A stretch of 64,000 nucleotides of DNA from NCBI GenBank assembly GCA_007376395.1, contig VMGE01000002.1, positions 13,118 to 77,117 of the forward strand, written 5' to 3'. Below, in pieces: positions 10,475 through 18,150 of this stretch. Below the pieces are notes generated by a model. The model did no database searches. It saw only the letters and a program-made list of their open reading frames with translations, and was not told where the DNA came from. How positions within the stretch are numbered: the stretch's first letter is position 1; every line of letters starts with the position of its first letter. The stretch comes from Microgenomates group bacterium Gr01-1014_5 (GTDB lineage: Bacteria; Patescibacteriota; Microgenomatia; UBA8517; UBA10165). The position numbers were made by a program, and so were the translations under genes.

Positions 10475-11136
10475 TATTTAATATGGGACAATTGGTCGCC
10501 AAGATGCCGATATTTACACCAGGAACAGTTTTCGCCTTCTTCCGGCGCTGGTCCTTCTAATAGAGTGTTCACCTCTATCACAAACTTCATGAACGCCTCG
10601 CGGTCTATCGGTACTTCTAACCATGTAGGCGGAAACGTAATAGAAGTACTTCCGCCGGTAAATGAAACAGCATCAGGATAAAAGATAAGTAATCCTGCCC
10701 TCGCTATTTTTTTAGACTCGCCTTCATCTGGATGTTCAAACGCATAAGCGTAGGTCCACAACTGAGATTGGTACTTAGAAATTTTTTCCTCGTTTGGCGC
10801 GCTGAGTTTAAGATCGATGATCATATATGTTCCGTCGGACAGGCGCACAAGAAGATCGTATTTACCTTTAACGTACACATTTGTACCCGGAATTAATTTT
10901 GATCCAACAATCTTTTCTTGACTTTCTACAATCCCAGCTGGTAATGCTGGTGAAAGCTCGCGCAGGTCTTTACCAACCATGTTGCCCTGAATCCTGGTAT
11001 TTATTGCCGTGAAGACAGAAGGGAAGATTCCTTTCGGGCGATCGATTCCGTGCTTAATTTTCAGCCAATAGCAAAGCTTGCATTCTTCGTAAAGGTAGGC
11101 AAAGTCTGAAGGTGATAATTTTAGCACTAATCGCAT
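10474..11136 (-). CDS. PD-(D/E)XK nuclease with four Cys (Cas4/RecB-nuclease-like), not CRISPR-associated
   Basis: GKYDLLVRLSDGTYMIIDLK gives the D...(D/E)xK core. An N-terminal CKLCYW and C-terminal CSWCKY give CxxC...CxxC. The stop overlaps the protease start. Confidence 0.5.
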   Translation of the reverse strand: MRLVLKLSPSDFAYLYEECKLCYWLKIKHGIDRPKGIFPSVFTAINTRIQGNMVGKDLRELSPALPAGIVESQEKIVGSKLIPGTNVYVKGKYDLLVRLSDGTYMIIDLKLSAPNEEKISKYQSQLWTYAYAFEHPDEGESKKIARAGLLIFYPDAVSFTGGSTSITFPPTWLEVPIDREAFMKFVIEVNTLLEGPAPEEGENCSWCKYRHLGDQLSHIK

Positions 11137-11175
11137 TATACCAGGCTTAAGAAGATAGACTTAAAAAGAGTCAAG

Positions 11176-11568
11176 TTAAATTTGAAGTTTTAACTCAATC
11201 TCTTCTTTTAATAAATCAAACTTCACTACAAACTTATCAAAAAATCCATATTGCCCAACTACACCATAAGAATAATCAGGCATTCTGGGAAAGAATCCCA
11301 CTTCAACCTCATGATCCCAACCTCCGATACTAATACTAACTTTATGCAAGTAATATTTCTCAGGAGATCCTGTAATTCCACTTACCTCTCTGGGAATACC
11401 GCTTTCCACATTTAATCCAAGTGCGGTTCCGATATCGGAATGAAAAATACACAAGTCAGCACCAGAATCCACTAACACGGAATATCTCACGCAAGATTCT
11501 CTTGTTGCTACTTCTATCGGGATAACCGGGCGAAGAATTTTTCCAAACTTTTTATATTTAAACTTCAT
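11176..11568 (-). CDS. retropepsin-like (clan AA) aspartic protease
   Basis: 130 aa with VLVDSGADLCIF (DSGA active-site motif). Confidence 0.6.
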   Translation of the reverse strand: MKFKYKKFGKILRPVIPIEVATRESCVRYSVLVDSGADLCIFHSDIGTALGLNVESGIPREVSGITGSPEKYYLHKVSISIGGWDHEVEVGFFPRMPDYSYGVVGQYGFFDKFVVKFDLLKEEIELKLQI

Positions 11569-11765
11569 ACATTCGAACCTACATAAGGAAGTAGGCGGCT
11601 TGGCATCTTGGTAAGTATCGGCATGGAAAAGCCTTTACTTTTAGCCTTATCCCAAGCAGATTTAGCAGTCTTACCAGACGAGATTACAGTTTTCTCATCA
11701 TCTTTTAAGGCTACCCACAAACCCTTGTATTTTCTATAAATATTTGTCCAGTCTATTGCTGCCAT
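11565..11765 (-). CDS. DUF5678-like small protein, partner of the retropepsin-like protease
   Basis: 66 aa; the MAAIDWTNIYRKYKGLWVALKDDEKTVISSGKTAKSAW pattern matches my recollection of DUF5678. 4-nt overlap (ATGA) with the protease gene. Confidence 0.4.
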   Translation of the reverse strand: MAAIDWTNIYRKYKGLWVALKDDEKTVISSGKTAKSAWDKAKSKGFSMPILTKMPSRLLPYVGSNV

Positions 11766-11820
11766 GTCTTGAGTATATCACAGACCCTAATTTGAAAAGT
11801 GATTAGCCTTAAAAGGAGTC

Positions 11821-11892
11821 AATTTTCAGCCAATAGCAAAGCTTGCACTCTTCATAAAGGTAGGCGAAATCCGAAGGTGACAACTTAAACAC
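11821..11892 (-). pseudogene. duplicated 5' fragment of the PD-(D/E)XK nuclease gene
   Basis: About 72 nt at ~85% identity to 11056-11127. It translates as VFKLSPSDFAYLYEECKLCYWLKIDSF*, versus authentic MRLVLKLSPSDFAYLYEECKLCYWLKIKHG. A stop lies immediately upstream and no start codon is present. Confidence 0.55.
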
Positions 11893-12010
11893 AAGAGTAT
11901 TCTACACCTTCGGATGAAGTCCTGAGTAGCTTGCCCTGAGCTCGTCGAAGGGAAACCGAAGGGCAAAGTCGGAAAGGGAAAGTTTGTATATATTTATATT
12001 CTATATTTAA

Positions 12011-12337
12011 TCAGCAGTCTCTATAAAGTTTAATAAACCCTTTAACAGGCTGGGCCGCAGTTTCATTGTTTATATTTCTATCTGCACAATATGATGTTTT
12101 AAACCAATCAATTAACTTCTTTTTTCCTCTGCTCGAGTTACAACTAAAGCAACACATTGCAACAGTGTTATGATTATTCCAAGGAGGTAGATAATTCATA
12201 TGCTCAATAGTAGCCCAATCATTTCGTAAACCACCAGACCTGGGATCTTCCATTACTTTATGGCAATATACACAAAGTTTATCTCTTTCTTTAATTTTAA
12301 CTAGTTCTATTTCAGAAATACCATATTTATTTGACAT
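12011..12337 (-). CDS. small HNH endonuclease
   Basis: 108 aa with CVYCHK...ATIEHMNY...NNHN...CCFSCN (CxxC...H...N...CxxC, ββα-Me pattern). AT-rich. Confidence 0.45.
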   Translation of the reverse strand: MSNKYGISEIELVKIKERDKLCVYCHKVMEDPRSGGLRNDWATIEHMNYLPPWNNHNTVAMCCFSCNSSRGKKKLIDWFKTSYCADRNINNETAAQPVKGFIKLYRDC

Positions 12338-12395
12338 TAATTATCCATTTCTCCTTTCATAGATTTATCTAAAACAGAATCAAAAATTCTAACTA

Positions 12396-13256
12396 TCATT
12401 TACATTCAATTAACAATCTATCTAAAAATTTCTCACTAAATTTCTTTAGAATATACTTTTCAGATAAAATACATGCATAATTTTCTAGCTCTTTTATATC
12501 TTCTTCTGTAAATTGATCGACCCCAGATCCGTGAACAACCTTGCTTCTTTTTTGGTAATATCCTTTAAATATATTTACGAAAGATGTGTCTTTTCCTAAA
12601 AATTTTGTCATTCTCATCCTGAATTTATAACTTATTTCTGAGCCACCTTCTGGCACAATTATACTTTCTAGAATCGCAACAAACAACGCCCCTGTAATAT
12701 CTAATTTATCTGAAGACGTAGCACTATTAAGCAACACTGCAATCAGATCTATTTTTTTATCTGTGGAGTTGATTGTTTTATCAAATATTTTCTTTGCCTT
12801 ATTAATATCACCATTTTTCAAATCACTTAATTTTCTTCGGGTTCTAAATAATACGTTTGGATATGTTTTTGCAATGCCCTTACCCTTATTAAAAAATCCC
12901 TCTAAAAAGCTGATCTCTACTGCACAACCCAAGACTAACTTAAAAACAAAGTCTAAATTCTCTTGTAAATCTCTCAATTCATGAGGACTTTTTATGTAAT
13001 TTGATTGTATTACTATTTTGTACCCTGCTCCTAAATAATGCTGTTGATTAATATCAATAAAGGAGTAAGAATTATTTTTATAATTTATAGCTCCATCATT
13101 AATTATCAATTCGGCCAAACCAAAAAACTTTTTTCTTTCACTTATGGTAAAAGTATCTAAGATAATGGTTAGCTTTGAATTACTGAAAAAGGTTAAGGGT
13201 AACTTAACATCTTCTGCTATATTCTTAATTAAAATAGGAGCTGTAATCTTAATCAT
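12396..13256 (-). CDS. HEPN-like (Rx4H) Abi-type protein
   Basis: 286 aa, AT-rich; a C-terminal QKRSKVVHGSG motif (R-x4-H) sits in predicted helical context, resembling AbiD/F, AbiU2 and Apea HEPN proteins. The family call is tentative. Confidence 0.35.
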   Translation of the reverse strand: MIKITAPILIKNIAEDVKLPLTFFSNSKLTIILDTFTISERKKFFGLAELIINDGAINYKNNSYSFIDINQQHYLGAGYKIVIQSNYIKSPHELRDLQENLDFVFKLVLGCAVEISFLEGFFNKGKGIAKTYPNVLFRTRRKLSDLKNGDINKAKKIFDKTINSTDKKIDLIAVLLNSATSSDKLDITGALFVAILESIIVPEGGSEISYKFRMRMTKFLGKDTSFVNIFKGYYQKRSKVVHGSGVDQFTEEDIKELENYACILSEKYILKKFSEKFLDRLLIECK

Positions 13257-13259
13257 ATT

Positions 13260-13901
13260 CTACGATTCCTCTACCTTTTCGATTTTGAATTGTTCAAGAG
13301 TACTTTTATTTAAAATAATGAATACTCCTCCTATTTTATCCATCTCTGCAGATTGCATACGCACTACTACTATAAATTTATCATCTTCAATCTTCCATCC
13401 AGGTACTTCAAAATCTTTATTTTGATATATGTAACTTTCATTACTAAACGGAAAACAATATTTATTGTCCTTCTTTCTAACAGCCACAGAAATTGTGTTC
13501 TCTTCACCTGGTACAAGAACTTCCCGAGGATGTGTAAGTGCTAGTCCAAAATCTACATCCTGATAATCGGGAGTTAACGGCTCTCTACTATTATTCCAAC
13601 GAGCTATTACTGTATTCATCAATGCTCTAGAAGAATAATCTGAAAATAAAAGGTAAACTCTAACTTGAGTTGCAGGTCTATTTAAGAATTGTAGAATTCC
13701 ATACCTTTTTTTATTAAGTATTTTTAGATTCAAAGATTTAAAAACTCCTTGTGAAAGAGATAAATTTGAAGGTTCAGACACTTGAATTTCAATATCAGGT
13801 TTAATAGATTTATCAAATAGATAGAGCCCAAATGCCAATACAAAACCTAGTAAAGAGGATGCCAAATCAACGGGTATTTTAAGTGTAAATATTTCAGTCA
13901 T
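13260..13901 (-). CDS. single-pass membrane protein, upstream partner of the HEPN-like gene
   Basis: 213 aa with an N-terminal TM helix (LASSLLGFVLAFGLYLF) and a β-rich ectodomain. It lies 3 nt upstream of the HEPN-like gene on the same strand. Confidence 0.4.
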   Translation of the reverse strand: MTEIFTLKIPVDLASSLLGFVLAFGLYLFDKSIKPDIEIQVSEPSNLSLSQGVFKSLNLKILNKKRYGILQFLNRPATQVRVYLLFSDYSSRALMNTVIARWNNSREPLTPDYQDVDFGLALTHPREVLVPGEENTISVAVRKKDNKYCFPFSNESYIYQNKDFEVPGWKIEDDKFIVVVRMQSAEMDKIGGVFIILNKSTLEQFKIEKVEES

Positions 13902-13972
13902 TTTGCACCCTCCACAATTGCAATTTCCTCCGGCATTAGACCGTAGAGTTATAAATTAGTTATCGGCTCTTT

Positions 13973-14110
13973 TTATCTCCTGTGTTTTTTGCCGTGTTTT
14001 TGGCTCAAATCACTTGCCGCAACTCTTTTAACTATCTTGCTTTTGCTCTTTTTTAATAGTCTGGCAGCTGAACTCGCTGCTTTTTTACCTGTTGTCTTTG
14101 GATGTGCCAT
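13973..14110 (-). CDS. 45-aa Lys/Arg-rich small protein (below the ORF-track size cutoff)
   Basis: MAHPKTTGKKAASSAARLLKKSKSKIVKRVAASDLSQKHGKKHRR; a strong SD (GGAGGTGA) lies 9 nt upstream of the ATG. Found by manual six-frame reading. Confidence 0.3.
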   Translation of the reverse strand: MAHPKTTGKKAASSAARLLKKSKSKIVKRVAASDLSQKHGKKHRR

Positions 14111-14271
14111 AAATTTTCACCTCCCTGGTAACCAGTTTCGGTATAAGTTTGGTTTTCGCCATTATCTCACGAAATGCGTTGCAGTCAACTGTTAACTTGT
14201 ATATTAAAGTGAAGCTTATTTGAGGCTATCTTAAAATCTTATGGGCAACGAGCGTGGGGTTTATTAAAAAA

Positions 14272-15033
14272 CTAAACAATTTTGAATCTACCTGAGTTAA
14301 CGAATTTAATACTGTTATAATCGTTTGTATCAGTAAATTCAAACTGCCAAATTGAGTATATGTCAGTTTGGGATTTATCAAAAAATAAAGTAATAACTTT
14401 TTTATTAGTATGTTCCTGCCATTGTCTGAATGGGTAATATAACTGTCTTATAATCACATTAGAGGAATTAGTAGTTTTGGCCTCAATTAAGACAACTTGC
14501 TCTTTACCTTCATATCCAGCGTCAACTTCCGTTTGAACACTTTCAACCTTAATTATTTGATCGTTAATGGTAAATTCGAACTGGGGTGTATATTTTCTTC
14601 CTCGAATTGTGAGCACAAGAGTAGGATCTCCAACAAATGATCGAACCAAACTTGCGGCATATGCATAATCAAGATGTTGCATCTCTGAATCTCCAATTGA
14701 CGACGTGTCTAATGGGAATTGTAACTTTGAAGTATACATGGTTACGTCACTATTAATTTTTGGAATGTCTATATATCCTTCTCCTCTAATAATATTATAA
14801 ATTCCATTTTTTACTGGTAATAAAAATAGATTATTTTCTTTAAAAATTTCTGGCCTTTGTTCCCTTGTATCTTGTTTGCATAAAATTCGAACTTCCTTCT
14901 GGGTAGTTGTTCTAAAATCCTGACAGGATACTTTAATTTGAGAAGCAGTAATTACAAAAGGAGATTTATCAAAATCGTGATGTGGTATGTTGTAGTCATT
15001 GAAAATTTTTTTCCAAGAGTTACTATTTGCCAT
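14272..15033 (-). CDS. putative type II restriction endonuclease (PD...ExK)
   Basis: 253 aa with VDAGYEGKEQVVLIEAK (D...E-x-K), 15 nt downstream of the methyltransferase on the same strand. AT-rich; no recognisable housekeeping similarity. Confidence 0.45.
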   Translation of the reverse strand: MANSNSWKKIFNDYNIPHHDFDKSPFVITASQIKVSCQDFRTTTQKEVRILCKQDTREQRPEIFKENNLFLLPVKNGIYNIIRGEGYIDIPKINSDVTMYTSKLQFPLDTSSIGDSEMQHLDYAYAASLVRSFVGDPTLVLTIRGRKYTPQFEFTINDQIIKVESVQTEVDAGYEGKEQVVLIEAKTTNSSNVIIRQLYYPFRQWQEHTNKKVITLFFDKSQTDIYSIWQFEFTDTNDYNSIKFVNSGRFKIV

Positions 15034-15047
15034 AAGTTTTTAGTTTA

Positions 15048-15890
15048 CTAGTTGTTCGCAAATGATAATTGCTTTCTTTCTAAGTTTCTATTCAACTCCT
15101 CAAATCTTTTAACAGACAAGTCTAAATATAGCGCTTCTGTGTCAATACCAACAAATCTTCTTCCATATAAATATGCAGCAAGACCAGTTGTAGAGCTACC
15201 GGTAAAAGGGTCGAGGATTAAGTCTCCTTTTCTTGTACTTGCCAAGACAATTCGTTTAAGCAAATCAAAAGATTTTTGAGTCGGATGTTTGCCGAACTTT
15301 TTTTCAACAGGTTTTGGTGTACCAATTGACCAGACAGACCTCATTTGAAGATCGGGCTTTTTTAAAGAGTCTTCTGGCCAATTTCCATTTTTCATTAATT
15401 CATAATTAAAAGTGTGTTTACCTTTTTTGTCTTTCCTAGCCCAAATTAAAGTTTCGTGACTTGCGGTGAAAAAACGACAGCTTAAATTGGGAGATGCATT
15501 TGGCTTAAACCAAGATATGTCATTAAGTATATGATATCCAAGAGATTGAATCGCGTGGCCGCACTGATAAATTGAATGGTATGTTCCGCTCACCCAAATA
15601 GTTCCGTTAGGTTTTAGAACTCTTTTACATGCCTCAAGCCATTTGTGATGGAATTCATAATCATCTTTAAATCCCTTGCTTTTGTCCCAGTCACCTTTAT
15701 TCACACTTACCATTCTCCCTGCATGAACTGTAAAACCTCCATTAGATAAGTTGTATGGGGGGTCAGCAAAAATCATATCAAATGTCCCTTCGTCAAAATC
15801 TTTGAGTAGTTCTAGAGAATTATGATTATAAAGCCGAAAGTTTGGTTTATTGTAGTAAGGTTCGGGGATAGATCGGGTTTTATTTGGCAT
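15048..15890 (-). CDS. DNA methyltransferase, β-class amino-MTase (N6-adenine or N4-cytosine)
   Basis: FADPPYN (motif IV) precedes DPFTGSSTTG (motif I), the β-class order. Confidence 0.85.
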   Translation of the reverse strand: MPNKTRSIPEPYYNKPNFRLYNHNSLELLKDFDEGTFDMIFADPPYNLSNGGFTVHAGRMVSVNKGDWDKSKGFKDDYEFHHKWLEACKRVLKPNGTIWVSGTYHSIYQCGHAIQSLGYHILNDISWFKPNASPNLSCRFFTASHETLIWARKDKKGKHTFNYELMKNGNWPEDSLKKPDLQMRSVWSIGTPKPVEKKFGKHPTQKSFDLLKRIVLASTRKGDLILDPFTGSSTTGLAAYLYGRRFVGIDTEALYLDLSVKRFEELNRNLERKQLSFANN

Positions 15891-16162
15891 ACTCCATTTT
15901 TATAGAATTTGTCCTAGAAGTCAAGGCCTATTTCTTCCAATCCTCAACGATAATCATTTCCCCGCCTGTAGTAGGCGAGGTGACATTCTTTTTAATTAAT
16001 CTTTTTACCATTGTCAAGAGGATCTTAACTAGTCAATCTGTGCCCCAGATTTCGGGTTTTATTTGTATCTTAATGAAAAATGTGGTAGTATAAGGTTGCG
16101 AGTAATTCCTCATGTGTGGGGTTCCGGATGGTTCCTCTTCAATAGCACATGAGGTTTTGCGT

Positions 16163-16801
16163 TTAAGGAAACAGCGCGTTCTCTTCAACGATCTTAGATT
16201 TAATTAAATTATAGTAAAAATCATCTTCCCACTCGTATTTTCTAAATATTGACCAGCTTACAAAATCTACTGCTTGTAAAGATTTTTCTTGGCTGGGAGT
16301 AGCAATATTAACCTTAATTTTAGCTTTGTGCCTGCTACTAATTTGTCTCTCTAGATACTCTCGAAAGTTTTCATTTAGAAACTTGTTTGTCTCTCTTTTT
16401 GCAGCTACAACGGAGATATTTTCCGTCGAATTTACTAAACGCTTGGTCATTATTCTATCTAGTAATATATTAGTCACATAATTGTAAAGGATATGTTTTT
16501 CTTCTCTCAGATGAGAGTAGACTTTAGCTTTGTTGAGGTATATATACATTATTGAGCAATCTTTATTTCTCAATAATTTAAGAAGTCTTGATCGAGTAGT
16601 TGGTCTTTCTTTGTAAGCATGAAGTGTCCCGCCACTCACTCTTTTAACTTTCTTTCTTAAAGTTGCATGTACTTGCTTCACAACTTTCTCTATTGGAGTT
16701 TTTGTGGGAGCAGAGAGGATTGTCACAATAAAGTATTTAGAATTTTTCTTTTTTGAATTAAAACCTAAATCTCCCGATTCGTCAAGGAAAATAAAAGCCA
16801 T
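16163..16801 (-). CDS. DUF3800 family protein
   Basis: The N-terminus MAFIFLDESGDLGF is the hallmark DUF3800 start (DESGD). Confidence 0.55.
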   Translation of the reverse strand: MAFIFLDESGDLGFNSKKKNSKYFIVTILSAPTKTPIEKVVKQVHATLRKKVKRVSGGTLHAYKERPTTRSRLLKLLRNKDCSIMYIYLNKAKVYSHLREEKHILYNYVTNILLDRIMTKRLVNSTENISVVAAKRETNKFLNENFREYLERQISSRHKAKIKVNIATPSQEKSLQAVDFVSWSIFRKYEWEDDFYYNLIKSKIVEENALFP

Positions 16802-16809
16802 AAGTTAAA

Positions 16810-18150
16810 TTATAGTTTCTGCTGCAAATCAACTATATTTTTTGCTCCGTTTAAAAAGATGTCATCTATGTTTAGAGCGTTATTAATCGCCCGGGAAAAC
16901 CAGTTTTCCTGCTCGAGCCTGTCGAGCTGTTCAACGAAATTACCGGCATCAATAGCCTTGGCAATACCAAGCCTCGTAAATATATCAAAGATTTTTTCCT
17001 CCCACTCGCCCCAAGGGGAAAGAGTTAATAAAAAACACCCTGCGGCGACAGCATCATAGGCCATGTCCCCAGAAGGCTTTGTAATAAACCCGTCTGCCCA
17101 GCCGAAAGCACTATCGATTAATTTTTGATTGGCGGCAATTATGCTTTTGTCATAAATAATACGCAGGGGCATTTTGGAGTTTTCGCCCCCTATGGGCAAA
17201 CTGTTTTTTGCCCCCAACTCGTAAAACATTTTGTAAAAATCAAGATGCGTACTGGCGTAAAGCAATATCTCCATTTTCCTCTCGGTTAAAACCGGAAGTA
17301 AGCTTTCTAGGGCTTGTTTTATTTCCCCGTAATTTGTTCCAAGTCCGCTTGTGGTAATAGCCAGTCTTAAACCCCGTTTTTTGTAACCATCTGCATTTTT
17401 ACCTTTTCTCTTTTCTATTATTCTTGGATCGACCGGCGGACCTGTAACAACAACTCTGTCATTTGAAACTTCTTTTTTAAGTTCTATTGCTAAATCTAAA
17501 AATTGTTTTTTTGTATGCTCGTCAAACACGGCAAATGATATATTTTTCCTCTCTGCCTGCAGTAAATATTGAGGCCTAACATGTGGATCGGTAACAACTT
17601 GCAGCACTTTTTTATTATTTTTAGCCAGAATGTTTCCAGCCTCGTAATGTAAAGAAATAATCGGATTGACCGCCCGTGCTGTTACATATCCCAAAGGTTC
17701 TTCTATGTGTTTTGTTAAGGGAGACTTGCTTCTTATAAACGAGTCCAAGATGTCTTTTGCCTTTTTTAAGATAGGATTCCTGGCGATCAATTGCCCCACA
17801 TATTCAATCTTCTCAAGACTTGCCCACCCTTCTGATCCTATATAATTGACCGGATCTACAAGCCAACAAGACAAACCAGACTCCTTGGCTTGTTCGTAAA
17901 CAGCTATAGCCATAGAAAAATGTGCTCTTGAAAATGCTAATTCCCCTTTTTCTCGCGTATGTTCTCCTAAGCTTTTAGCAATATCTGAACGAAAACTGGC
18001 AGACACTGTAATTATTGGCACTTGGACATTCTCGATCTTGTGCCTGTCATCATGAATAGTTCGCGGAAGATCTAAGTCCTTTGGGGGAAGTATATGTTTG
18101 CGGTGAATAACCATTACTCTTATAATATGTCCACATGACACGGAAGACAA
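16810..18150 (-). CDS. GT-B glycosyltransferase, GT28-like (UgtP/MGDG-synthase-like)
   Basis: FITKPSGDMAYDAVAAG resembles the UgtP/MGD ITKPGG motif; an N-terminal LAITTSGLGTNYG resembles the GT28 N-domain Gly-loop. The true start may be the internal Met near 18114. Confidence 0.45.
   Translation of the reverse strand: MSSVSCGHIIRVMVIHRKHILPPKDLDLPRTIHDDRHKIENVQVPIITVSASFRSDIAKSLGEHTREKGELAFSRAHFSMAIAVYEQAKESGLSCWLVDPVNYIGSEGWASLEKIEYVGQLIARNPILKKAKDILDSFIRSKSPLTKHIEEPLGYVTARAVNPIISLHYEAGNILAKNNKKVLQVVTDPHVRPQYLLQAERKNISFAVFDEHTKKQFLDLAIELKKEVSNDRVVVTGPPVDPRIIEKRKGKNADGYKKRGLRLAITTSGLGTNYGEIKQALESLLPVLTERKMEILLYASTHLDFYKMFYELGAKNSLPIGGENSKMPLRIIYDKSIIAANQKLIDSAFGWADGFITKPSGDMAYDAVAAGCFLLTLSPWGEWEEKIFDIFTRLGIAKAIDAGNFVEQLDRLEQENWFSRAINNALNIDDIFLNGAKNIVDLQQKL

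Noticed and set aside
10474-11136. Cas4-like Cys-containing PD-(D/E)XK nuclease as evidence of a CRISPR-Cas locus
   Set aside because: No repeat-spacer array, cas1/cas2 or other cas genes anywhere in the 64 kb. The Cys pattern (CxxC...CxxC) also differs from canonical Cas4 (C...CxxC...C). It is treated as a stand-alone nuclease.
15884-16162. 69-aa plus-strand ORF and a long inverted repeat (CCTCATGTG ... ACATGAGG) between the methyltransferase and DUF3800 genes, considered as promoter or small gene
   Set aside because: The ORF has poor coding character. The inverted repeat is real but isolated, and I cannot assign it a function; it may simply be a terminator for the DUF3800 gene.
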